DNA of 64,000 bases from Candidatus Bathyarchaeota archaeon (GTDB lineage: Archaea > Thermoproteota > Bathyarchaeia > Bathyarchaeales > Bathycorpusculaceae): the NCBI GenBank assembly GCA_963811105.1, contig CAWEPZ010000002.1:224001-288000 (forward strand). The letters are read 5' to 3'. A program made the position numbers and the translations under genes. Positions 38,703 through 47,997 of this stretch are shown here, piece by piece. Within the stretch, counting starts at the first letter, position 1, and each line of letters opens with the position of its first letter. A model generated the notes under the pieces. That model ran no database searches, had not been told where the DNA came from, and saw only the letters and a program-made list of their open reading frames with translations.

Positions 38703-39806
38703 TTATTGGAAAAAACTTGTTAGTTGTTTTTGCCTTGGTTCTTTCTTGCTGAAACCTGAGACTTTGACGCCGACTCTTCGGACTTCAAGTTGGCTTTCAT
38801 TTAGGAATTTTTCATAGAGTTCTCTCACGTTGTTTTTGATTGTTTCCGTGTCTCTAGCAGGTTGAGCCAGCGTTGTTGACCTGGTTTTGCAGCTTAAATC
38901 GGTCATAACCATGTAAATTGCAACTTGCCTAAAACTCAAGTCTTTCTCCGATAATTCCTTTGATATGTCGGGAATTAGCTCGTCAGTTTTCTGCAGAATA
39001 AACGCTAAATCATGCGTATCCTGTTTTAGCGTGCCAATTCTGCTTATGGATTCTGCTTCGCCTGCTTCTTTAACGGGCTCGTTGTCGACTCCGTTGGAGG
39101 CGTTATGGAAGTAGATGCCCAGGATTTTTCCGAAAATTGCAGTTAGTCTTTGCACGTCAAAGTTGGCGAGGTCGCTGATGGTTTTAATGCCTAATGCTTC
39201 CATTACTACGCTTGTCTTGCGTCCGACACCTAGTAGGCGATTCACAGGCAGCGGCGACAAAAAGCACCCAACTTCGTCTGGGGTGATTATAGTTAATCCG
39301 TCGGGTTTTTGACTGTCGCACGCAATCTTGGCGACAAGCTTGTTAGGACCAACGCCTACAGTGAAGGAAATGCCCACTTCAGCTTTTACTTGGGCTTTAA
39401 TTTTTTGCGCATGCTCCTTTGCTTTTTCAAAGTTGCCTTCAACTTGTTCTGTGACATCCAAGTAAGCCTCGTCTATGCTAACCTGCTCAAAGCTGCTTGC
39501 ATAGCTGCGGAAAATCTGCATTATGCGGTCGCTTATTTGCTCGTAATACTCATGATCAACAGGCAGGAACACTTCTTCTGTGCCTTCTAACTTGTGCTTT
39601 GCCTGGAACAATGGCATACCTGATTTTACGCCGTATTTTCGTGCAACGTAGTTGCTGGTGCTAACCGCACCACTAATCTCTGTGCGCCCCGAGTAAACGC
39701 CGACTACAACTGGCTTATCTTTGATAGTTGGGTTGCGTAGCTCTTCGCATTGGGCAAAGAAATAATCGAAATCTGCCAACATTACAACCCGCTGCTGCAT
39801 TAGCAT
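38703..39806 (-). CDS. dinB: DNA polymerase IV (Y family)
   Basis: DFDYFFAQ, NYVARKYGVKSGMP, SIDEAYLD, NKLVAKIA. Confidence 0.95.
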   Translation of the reverse strand: MLMQQRVVMLADFDYFFAQCEELRNPTIKDKPVVVGVYSGRTEISGAVSTSNYVARKYGVKSGMPLFQAKHKLEGTEEVFLPVDHEYYEQISDRIMQIFRSYASSFEQVSIDEAYLDVTEQVEGNFEKAKEHAQKIKAQVKAEVGISFTVGVGPNKLVAKIACDSQKPDGLTIITPDEVGCFLSPLPVNRLLGVGRKTSVVMEALGIKTISDLANFDVQRLTAIFGKILGIYFHNASNGVDNEPVKEAGEAESISRIGTLKQDTHDLAFILQKTDELIPDISKELSEKDLSFRQVAIYMVMTDLSCKTRSTTLAQPARDTETIKNNVRELYEKFLNESQLEVRRVGVKVSGFSKKEPRQKQLTSFFQ

Positions 39807-40669
39807 TCGCCTCTTGCTTTAGGCATAAGCCATGACCCGTCACATGAAGCCGTATTAAGTTGCGCTAAGCCTTCTCGGCAAACCCCAAACTTCAACCCCC
39901 TCGCTTCAGCAAGGTCACGTACTCCTTTCAGAAGCTTGTACCTTAGGTCTTTAGGCATAAGTGTGCTACCGCCGACTTTTTCTCCCTGCTGAAAAAAGAG
40001 CGGCTTAAGTTTTTCTGCAACTTGAGGCAAGGCTTGGCTAAGCCGAGCCCAATTGTCTGCTTTAGCTTTGTACGTTGAAGCCGTTACATGTTTAACTCCA
40101 ATGCTTGCTAAATAAGCGATAAGTTTTTGCGGTTGATCGTTTACTGAGGGAATGATTGGGTCTATCCGGACCGAGACAGGGATGCCTGCCTTGACTAAAT
40201 CCTGTGCAGCTCTTAGCCTCTGAGAAGGCGAAGGTGCCAATGGTTCGATAAGCCTTGCAATATTATCGTCGTCAGTTGTAATGGTTAATGCTACAGTTGA
40301 TGGAATTTTGCTCAGTAAGTCGTCGTCTCTGGCTACAAGGTTGCTTTTGGTGATTATTTGGATTTTGCAGTTGCATCCCGAGAATATTTCAAGGCATCGT
40401 CGCGTAAAGCCTTCTGACACTTCGGTACGCGGATATGGGTCAGATGAGTTGGCTATTGAAATTGTTTCACCGTTGAGTTTTGACGCTTCCCGTTTAAGTT
40501 GGGCAAGCAGGTCTTTTTTGGGTCTGCAGTCGGTAAAGTTTGGGATGTAGCTGGATGCGTAACAGTAGATGCATCGGTGGTCGCATCCTGTATACGGGTT
40601 AAATGTCAGCTTCGCTGGGCAAGTGCAAAGGCCAGAACGCCAAGGGTCAAAGCTTGTAATTAGGGGCAC
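39800..40669 (-). CDS. Radical SAM protein (SplB-like)
   Basis: NPYTGCDHRCIYCYA, SSDPY, ITKS, RIDPIIP. Confidence 0.9.
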   Translation of the reverse strand: MPLITSFDPWRSGLCTCPAKLTFNPYTGCDHRCIYCYASSYIPNFTDCRPKKDLLAQLKREASKLNGETISIANSSDPYPRTEVSEGFTRRCLEIFSGCNCKIQIITKSNLVARDDDLLSKIPSTVALTITTDDDNIARLIEPLAPSPSQRLRAAQDLVKAGIPVSVRIDPIIPSVNDQPQKLIAYLASIGVKHVTASTYKAKADNWARLSQALPQVAEKLKPLFFQQGEKVGGSTLMPKDLRYKLLKGVRDLAEARGLKFGVCREGLAQLNTASCDGSWLMPKARGEC

Positions 40670-40763
40670 AATTTCACTAAGCTATCTATGTGGGCTAGAT
40701 AGACAAAAACTTTCGCAATTAAAAAAGGGGAATTTGGGGCTTATTTATCCAAAAAAGAGGAGA

Positions 40764-41049
40764 ATTTGTGCACCTGCGTTCTGCATTTGCAGAAGAGATA
40801 ACCAGTTACTACTGGTGGGAGTGCAAATAACGCTCGATCAAGCAAATGTCTTGTGCTGAAGCAGGAACGTTCTGTTGCGAGCCCGACTGGAGGATCGGCA
40901 AGTGACGATACCCCATTGCCTGACGGGGATTGAGCGAGATGAACTTGAGGTATCGTCAATCTTAAAACGCTTAACGGTCGATAGTGGCACCTCCAGATAT
41001 CTTTTGGCACTTATGTTACCCGCAATTTCCGCTCTGTATGCACACAAAT
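40764..41049 (-). ncRNA. Candidate structured noncoding RNA (~285 nt), family unknown
   Basis: Nested stems and closing terminal helix; dyad/TATA promoter upstream; T-tract downstream (40751-40756). Confidence 0.55.
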
Positions 41050-41065
41050 GCCTGCCCTTTTAGAG

Positions 41066-41111
41066 TGCAAAAGCGTTTTCGTCAAGAAAAAACTGAATGA
41101 GGTTAGTCAAG
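41066..41111 (-). promoter_or_regulatory. Degenerate GTCAAG dyad pair, 7 bp, TATA-like box
   Basis: GTCAAGAAAA at 41081, TTAGTCAAG at 41103-41111, minus-strand CTTTTGCA at 41066-41073. Confidence 0.55.
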
Positions 41112-41219
41112 GTTTGAGAACGTTTGAAAAGTCTTCTCTTACTCGCATAGAATGCCGTTAACCTTAAAGTACGCTTTGTTTAGAAAGCATTAAATTCCTA
41201 TCCTTTTCACTACTAACAC

Positions 41220-42627
41220 ATGAAAAATTTTCTCGGCTACCTCAAAGCGGAAAACATGAGCTTATTTACGGATTTTTATGAGTTAACCATGTGCGCAAGC
41301 TACTTTGACAACAAAAATTTTGAGCCTGCCACATTTGACTTATTCATTAGGCGGCTGCCAGAAAACCGCTCCTACTTCCTGTTTGCCGGGTTAGAAGAAG
41401 CCTTGCAGTACCTGCAAAACATGAAGTTTACTGAGGAGCAGCTGGGTTACCTTAAAAAGCAGGGATTCAACCGGACTTTTCTCGATTATTTACGTAGTTT
41501 TAAGTTTTCAGGTGAGGTTTGGGCTGTTCCTGAGGGATCTGTGGTTTTTCCAAATGAACCCTTAATTCGTGTTACAGCGCCGATAATTGAGGCTCAGCTA
41601 ATTGAAACTTTTTTGCTAAACACAGTTAACCTGCAAACTATGATTGCCACAAAAGCCTCGAGGGTAGTGCATGCAGCTAAGGGAAAATCGGTAATTGAAT
41701 TCGGCTTGCGAAGAGAACACGGCATTGACGCTGGAATGAAAGTGGCGCGATAGCAGTTACATTGCAGGATGCCAAGGAACCAGCAACGTTTTGGCAGGGC
41801 AAGCCTATGGCATTCCAGTTTTCGGAACCATGGCACACTCGTTTATCATGTCCTATCCAAAAGAAATTGACGCATTTCGAGCTTTCGCCAAAACTTTCCC
41901 AAACAAGTCAACACTTCTTATAGACACTTACGACGACATTTCAGGCGCAGAAAAAGCTGGAGTTGTAGCTAAAGAGCTTGAGTCTAAAGGCTTTAGGCTG
42001 GGGGGAGTGCGCTTGGACAGTGGCGATTTGGGCGAGGACAGCAAAAAAGTTCGAAAAATTCTTGATGATCAAGGCTTAGATTATGTGAAAATTTTTGCAA
42101 GCGGTGACCTAGATGAATTCAGAATAGACGAACTTCTCACTAATGGCGCAAAAATTAACTCTTTTGGGGTAGGAACAAAAATGGGCACCTCAGCGGATAG
42201 ACCTTATTTAGATGTGATTTACAAACTCTGCGAAACCATGGCTGAAGATGGAAGCTTCTCGCCAATAATGAAGTTAAGCAAAGACAAAGTCACTTTGCCA
42301 GGTTTAAAACAAGTTTACCGCGTTAAAAGTGAAATCGGCTATTTTGAAAAAGATATCATTGCTCTGGCTAATGAAAAAATGCAAGGTGAACCATTGCTTG
42401 TTATGGTCATGGAGAAGGGCAAAATAATCTATAAACTTCCCTCGCTTGAAGAAATTCGCCTTACCGCTGCCGAGAACCTTAGTAAACTTCCAGACAGATA
42501 CAAAGCATTAACTGGCGCACCCGTCTATCCCGTAGAATTAAGCCAAAACTTGCAGAAACTAGTCAAAACCTTGAGGCGTGATTTAACCAAAAATGAAATA
42601 AACCCTACCGTTGGCACTTCTGCTTAA
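41220..42627 (+). CDS. pncB: Nicotinate phosphoribosyltransferase with a +1 frameshift at ~41751
   Basis: TDFYELTM, EFGLRR, GTSNV.AG, GTMAHS, LIDTYD, VRLDSGD, SGDLDE. Confidence 0.9.
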
Positions 42628-42692
42628 TATTTCGCCTGATTTTGTTTCACTAAATATGGCAAACACTTAATAGTCTTTTCAGAAAAGGTTAA

Positions 42693-43925
42693 ATGCTATC
42701 ACAAAAGGAAGAAAACAACTTGCAAAATTGTCCAGCCATCGTAGGTGTTGGCAGAACCAAGTTTGGAGAACATTACGGCAAAGAACCAGAGAAGCTAATT
42801 GAAGAAGCTTGGCTTGCAGCTTCTAACGAATGCAATATAGAACGTAAAGACTTAGAAGCTTGCTACATGTCTGATTGTTTGCTTCCAATCACAAATAAAC
42901 TAGGCTTAGAAGAAGGTTTTCTTTCTGAACTCACCGAGCTTCACGTTCCCATGGAAGTAACTCGCTCATTTAGCGCTGCATTGTTAACTGCGTGCCATGC
43001 TATTGAGGCTGGAGTTTACAACACTGTCCTAGTGGGAGGTATAGAAAAAATGACTGACCGCTGGGACAAAATACGCGACGACTTAATGCTTCTGGATGAT
43101 CCGTGGAGTTATTTTGCAGGTGGGACTCCAGAATCAAACCACGAGATTATGCTTAGAGCTTACATAAAAAAACACAATATTACAGGGGAAAACCTTGACA
43201 AACTCAATTTGGCGCTAGCTCAGATTTCAGTTAAGAATCATGCGAACGCAACCAAAAACAAATATGCCCAATACCAAAGAAAAATCACAATTGATCAAGT
43301 CTTACGCGCAAGGAAAACAGCACATAAACCGTTAGGACTCTACGATTTCGCTCCAATCTCTGACGGAGCAGCCGCCCTGATTCTTACAAGTGAGACAACA
43401 TCAAAAAAACTAAACAAACGGCCTGTTTACATTCTCTCTTGCTCCTCAGCTACAGATTACCTTAACTATCCAGCAAGAGAAGATCTGTCTCGTTTTGTGG
43501 CTGCTGAGATTGCAATGAAGAAAGCTTCTCAAATGGCTAAAACTGCGTTGTCGAGCATCCCCATTATTGAAGTTAACGATCAGTCAACCATGATGGAGCT
43601 TGTTTCCCTTGAAGATTTAGGTTTCTGCCAGCCGGGAACAGCGTGGAAGAGCATATATGAAAGTTGCCAGAACAACCAAAAATATTACGAAATGGGCGGC
43701 AGGCAGCTTTTCGTTAACACCGACGGTGGCTTAAAAGCCGACGGTAACCCACTTGGGGCAACTGGTGGTGCGCAGTTTTTTGAGATTTACCGCCAGTTAA
43801 GAGGCGAAGCTGGCGAACGCCAAGTTAAGATTGATCATTCTTCACCTAAAAGCGGTTGTATCGTGGAGTTTGAAGGCTTTGGAACTAAAGCTTACGCCAG
43901 CATTTTAGGAGTGAAGAAAGATTGA
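42693..43925 (+). CDS. Thiolase-family protein with degenerate catalytic residues
   Basis: GVGRTKFG, GGIEKM, KNHANA, SDGAAA, GGLKADGNPLGATG. Confidence 0.85.
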   Translation: MLSQKEENNLQNCPAIVGVGRTKFGEHYGKEPEKLIEEAWLAASNECNIERKDLEACYMSDCLLPITNKLGLEEGFLSELTELHVPMEVTRSFSAALLTACHAIEAGVYNTVLVGGIEKMTDRWDKIRDDLMLLDDPWSYFAGGTPESNHEIMLRAYIKKHNITGENLDKLNLALAQISVKNHANATKNKYAQYQRKITIDQVLRARKTAHKPLGLYDFAPISDGAAALILTSETTSKKLNKRPVYILSCSSATDYLNYPAREDLSRFVAAEIAMKKASQMAKTALSSIPIIEVNDQSTMMELVSLEDLGFCQPGTAWKSIYESCQNNQKYYEMGGRQLFVNTDGGLKADGNPLGATGGAQFFEIYRQLRGEAGERQVKIDHSSPKSGCIVEFEGFGTKAYASILGVKKD

Positions 43926-45430
43926 GCAGTGAACCAATAGAACGTAGAGTTTCATATTTAGGTGATAGGTTAAAAGCAAGCCGATGTCAAAACTGCGCCA
44001 AAGAATATTTTGAAATAAGAGATTACTGCAGTAACTGTGGCAGAAAAAGCTTCGGAAAAATGGACAGTATTGACCTTTTCTATGATAAAGGAAAGCTTGA
44101 ATTCTGCACTTACATCAATGAACCTACAAACAAATTCATGAAACTCTCAAGCTTCATCTATGGCGTTGTCTCTTTTCACGGGGGAAAAATTCGTGTTCCC
44201 GGAAGATTAACAGATCAGTTGATTTGCGACGGAAAAGATATTGATTTTTCAAGTCTTGAAGGAAGAGAGGTAGTTCCTCGTTTTAGAAGGCGCTATTCAG
44301 TTGCAAAAAACGACGTGATTCCAACAATCTCTTTGGCATTCACATTGGCCGACGAGTATTACCCTCATCAGGACTACAAAATAATTGCCCCAACCAAAGA
44401 ATATGAATTACCCGGCGTTGTAGGATACGGCGTTTATGCTTCAAAGTTTCGAATTAAAGATGGTGGGCTTGAACGTTCAGTTCCATTCATTGACGAAGAT
44501 GCGATAACTGCTTCAGTTGAAGCTGGAAAACTAGCGCTAATTCATTCAGGTGTTGACAGTAGTTTGGTTGGAAAAGTTTACGTTGGTACAGAATCCAACC
44601 CCTATGCTGTTAAGCCCATAGCATCAAAGGTTGCTCAAGTTCTAGAGCTCGGCGAAAAAGACGGTGATATACAAGGCGTTGACGCAATAGATACAGAGTT
44701 TGCATGTAAAGCTGCCTCAAGCATGTTTAAAGACGCGGCTTCTCTCGTCAGCTATCCACGTTCAGGCATAAAATACGCTATGGTTATAGGTGCCGATAAC
44801 TCTCAATCAGCGCCAAAAGGCTGCTCTGGCGGTGAGCTAGATGCGTTTGTTGGATACGGTGGTGCTGCCTTCATTTTTGGAAAGCATGATGTTATCGCTG
44901 AACTTGAAGGATGGTATTCATGTACCTCTGACACTCCTGATTTTTGGCGCAGAGACGGCGAACCTTTTCCGATGCATGGAGGACGATTCACAGGTGACCC
45001 CGCCTATTTCAAACATGTTCGTAAAGCAGCCAGTAAACTTATGGAACGATTAAGCCTCAAGCCAGCTGACTTGGATTACTTTGTTCCACATCAGCCTAAC
45101 CCAACGTTCCCAGTTAGAATAGCTAAGGAGCTCGGTTTTAAAGATGAACAGTTTTTGCCTTCGCTGCAGATTAACAAGTTCGGGAACACTTATTCTGGTT
45201 GTTCGCCTGTAGGTTTAGCAGCAGTGTTAGATGTTGCAAAGCCAGAACAGCATATTTTAGTTGTGAGTTACGGTTCAGGCGCTGGAAGTGATGCTTATTT
45301 GCTTAGGACTACCAGTCAACTTGTTGAGAAGCGCAAACGCCAGAAGGTTAATGTTAAGTTCCAAGCTGAAAACCCGTTTATAGAGTATGTGGATTATACA
45401 ACTTATCGTCGGTTTAAGATGGGTATGTAA
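43922..45430 (+). CDS. DUF35 (Zn-ribbon/OB) fused to HMG-CoA synthase
   Basis: CQNC...CSNC at the N-terminus; DEDAIT, GTESNPYAVKP, FACKA, DTPDFWRR, HQPN, GNTYSG, SYGSGAG. Confidence 0.9.
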   Translation: MSSEPIERRVSYLGDRLKASRCQNCAKEYFEIRDYCSNCGRKSFGKMDSIDLFYDKGKLEFCTYINEPTNKFMKLSSFIYGVVSFHGGKIRVPGRLTDQLICDGKDIDFSSLEGREVVPRFRRRYSVAKNDVIPTISLAFTLADEYYPHQDYKIIAPTKEYELPGVVGYGVYASKFRIKDGGLERSVPFIDEDAITASVEAGKLALIHSGVDSSLVGKVYVGTESNPYAVKPIASKVAQVLELGEKDGDIQGVDAIDTEFACKAASSMFKDAASLVSYPRSGIKYAMVIGADNSQSAPKGCSGGELDAFVGYGGAAFIFGKHDVIAELEGWYSCTSDTPDFWRRDGEPFPMHGGRFTGDPAYFKHVRKAASKLMERLSLKPADLDYFVPHQPNPTFPVRIAKELGFKDEQFLPSLQINKFGNTYSGCSPVGLAAVLDVAKPEQHILVVSYGSGAGSDAYLLRTTSQLVEKRKRQKVNVKFQAENPFIEYVDYTTYRRFKMGM

Positions 45431-45481
45431 CAAATCCTTAATAAATCCCGCGTGGATTCTGCATAGCTGGGGAGCTATAAA

Positions 45482-46762
45482 TTGATATTTAATGACATCG
45501 TTGAGGTTCTTTATGCGCCTAAGCGGGCATTTAAACGAATTATTGAGAACCCAAAATACTTAGGTGCACTAATAATTCTGCTCCTATTCATCGGTGTCGA
45601 AATAGGCTTTGAATATGTACAGTTTTCAAGAACTTACAGCGAGAACACCTCTCCTGCCATTAACCAGTTACCAATGTACTCTAACGCTACTCTGTGGAGA
45701 ACTAGCTCTGACGTAGCTTTAAGCAACAATTACGATGATTTCTTCAATTACAGCGTTTATGTCGCAGCCTTTAATGTTCCACCATCGGATCCGCAGGGAT
45801 ACTATAGCTTATTCGGAAATAGCAGCCTGGCAATCAACGCAAATAATACAAAAACCGTTTCAGCAGCTTTAGGCAACGTTTTCAACTTAAATTGCAACAC
45901 CGATGGCTTCCAAAATATTTCAACAACAATAAAGTTGGTGTCGCCTCAAACAACACCTCAAAACGCCGATTTAGTGTTGTATTCCCTTAGCGATTCAAAC
46001 TTTTACACTTATGATCTAACTTCCTTATTGTCAAATAATACAGCAATCAGTTTATGGCAAAACCTGACAATCCCCGTTGGGCCAAATGCTCAGGGTTGGA
46101 GTAGCAGCGGGACTCCTACTTGGAGTAATATAACATCTCTAAAATTAGACTTCAATTACGCAACTCCTTCCAATGTAACAATACATATCGGTGCATTATT
46201 CTTCAGAGGCCAATATGAAACTCCTATTCAGTTAGGTATTGGGGATTTTCTGCTTGGGTTCTTAGAGCGATTCTCTTTGCAGTTCCTTTTCAGCTGGTTC
46301 CTATTAACAGCGTTGATTTACATTTTCTTTAAGGGGTTCAAAGCCAACGTGGTTTGGAAACCTCTGTTTATTGCGGTTGTATTTGCTTTATTTGTAATGG
46401 TTATCCGAGCATTGATCAATCTGGGTGGGGCACTTACTTTGCCTAATGTTTATTATCCTTTTGACGTATCACCTGGTGCCACAATCAATGTTCTTGGCGC
46501 CATCTCTTATCCTGCTAATGCGGCTGGCGTCTTATCGATGATGTCTCAATCTGCTGTCAGCGTCATCAATTCAGCAACTTCAAGCATAGTTTTCATAACT
46601 CTTGTGGCATTTGCAATTGGATACGTTTGGCTGGGAGCTGTATGCACAGTTATCGTTGGAACTCTAAATCCAGTGTTTTCACTCACTAAGAGGATAATAA
46701 TTTCAGCTGTCAGCGTCGGCGTAACAATCTTGCTCTTGCTTCTGCTAGTGACTATTGCTTAG
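45482..46762 (+). CDS. Yip1-family membrane protein with a large extracellular insert
   Basis: VLYAPKRAFKRI N-terminus, multiple TMs. Confidence 0.7.
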   Translation: MIFNDIVEVLYAPKRAFKRIIENPKYLGALIILLLFIGVEIGFEYVQFSRTYSENTSPAINQLPMYSNATLWRTSSDVALSNNYDDFFNYSVYVAAFNVPPSDPQGYYSLFGNSSLAINANNTKTVSAALGNVFNLNCNTDGFQNISTTIKLVSPQTTPQNADLVLYSLSDSNFYTYDLTSLLSNNTAISLWQNLTIPVGPNAQGWSSSGTPTWSNITSLKLDFNYATPSNVTIHIGALFFRGQYETPIQLGIGDFLLGFLERFSLQFLFSWFLLTALIYIFFKGFKANVVWKPLFIAVVFALFVMVIRALINLGGALTLPNVYYPFDVSPGATINVLGAISYPANAAGVLSMMSQSAVSVINSATSSIVFITLVAFAIGYVWLGAVCTVIVGTLNPVFSLTKRIIISAVSVGVTILLLLLLVTIA

Positions 46763-46905
46763 CCGTAGCAAAACCTCTATTTGCATAATTTCCGAAGGTT
46801 TTGTTGTGGACAAAATTGAAGTTAGCAAGATTTATATGGATTGAAGGCGCACTTTGCAAGTGAAAAGCCCTTAACGAGGAATTCGTGGGAGTTAGTGACT
46901 GAAAA

Positions 46906-47199
46906 ATGGTAGCAATAAAAGATTTGCAGAATGGCATGAAACGGGTTAGTGTTGAAGCGAAAGTTGTTGAAAAAGGCGAGCCACGTGAAGTTAAGTCTCG
47001 TTTTAAAGATGAAACTTACAAGATAGTTGATGCAGTGGTAGCTGACGAGACAGGGAGCGTAAAATTGACTTTGTGGAATGAACAGATTGACCAAGTTAAC
47101 GTTGGCGACAACATAAAAATTGATAATGGCTACGTAACAAGTTTTAAAAGTGAAATTCAACTTAACGTTGGCAAATTTGGAAAATTAAGCGTTGAGTAA
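46906..47199 (+). CDS. ssb: Single-stranded DNA-binding OB-fold protein
   Basis: DETGSVKLTLWNEQ, IDNGYV, LNVGKFG. Confidence 0.9.
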   Translation: MVAIKDLQNGMKRVSVEAKVVEKGEPREVKSRFKDETYKIVDAVVADETGSVKLTLWNEQIDQVNVGDNIKIDNGYVTSFKSEIQLNVGKFGKLSVE

Positions 47200-47277
47200 A
47201 CACCTATTCACTAAACGATTTTTTCTTTCCCCAAAAATTTGGAAATTGTTTTATTTTAGATACGATCTGTCTAAGCC

Positions 47278-47910
47278 ATGGCCGATAAAAAGAAAGAATT
47301 AGGTTTTTTTGCATTAATTGCTCTCTTCGGTATAGCCATCTCACTTTTTGTTTTCAGCATAGGATTCATCGACCCTTTAACGTTATCAATGCGTTTGCTC
47401 GCGCTTAACGGGTATTTTGCTTTAAGCATAGCAGTAATAATGACACCTTTTCTGAAAGAAATAACGCTTTTTTTCAAAAAATCCTTCACCAAAATACACC
47501 ACTATTTCGCTGTCGCTGGATTACTGCTTATAACATTGCACCCGATCGCCGTCTTCATCTCGACTTTAACTCCAGCCGTGCTTTTGCCAAATTTTGATTC
47601 AATTTACCTTTTCTTTTTCTATGGTGGTATTGTAGCCCTAATCTTGATTTATCTTGCTATTGGAGCTGCACTTGTGCGAAAAAAAATTGTTTCTTATTGG
47701 CGACCTTTTCATGCGTTGATGTATTTGGCTCTGTTCATTGGAGTGGTCCATGCCAATGTGAGAGGATCTGATTTCCAAAACTTTTTTATTAAGATAATAT
47801 ATGACGCCATGTTTGTTGCTGCGCTCGTAGCGTTTGGTCTAAAGCGTTGGCAGTTTTACCGAATAAAAGCGCGAGCCCAAAAAAATAACGTCAAGCATCA
47901 AACTAGTTAG
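47278..47910 (+). CDS. Ferric reductase-like transmembrane protein
   Basis: His pairs KIHH..TLHP and WRPFH..VVHA. Confidence 0.75.
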   Translation: MADKKKELGFFALIALFGIAISLFVFSIGFIDPLTLSMRLLALNGYFALSIAVIMTPFLKEITLFFKKSFTKIHHYFAVAGLLLITLHPIAVFISTLTPAVLLPNFDSIYLFFFYGGIVALILIYLAIGAALVRKKIVSYWRPFHALMYLALFIGVVHANVRGSDFQNFFIKIIYDAMFVAALVAFGLKRWQFYRIKARAQKNNVKHQTS

Positions 47911-47997
47911 AACGCTCTGAAATAGTTATTTTTTTGGAAAAACCTTATTAATTCAGACTAGTTGGGTTCTTTTCTTGTATCTTTGTGGAGAAGAGCA

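Noticed and set aside
40764-41049. RNase P RNA, SRP RNA or group I intron
   Set aside because: GCGGAAATTGC only loosely resembles CR-I and has no room for P2/P3; no SRP helix-8 tetraloop motif; no P7 signature.
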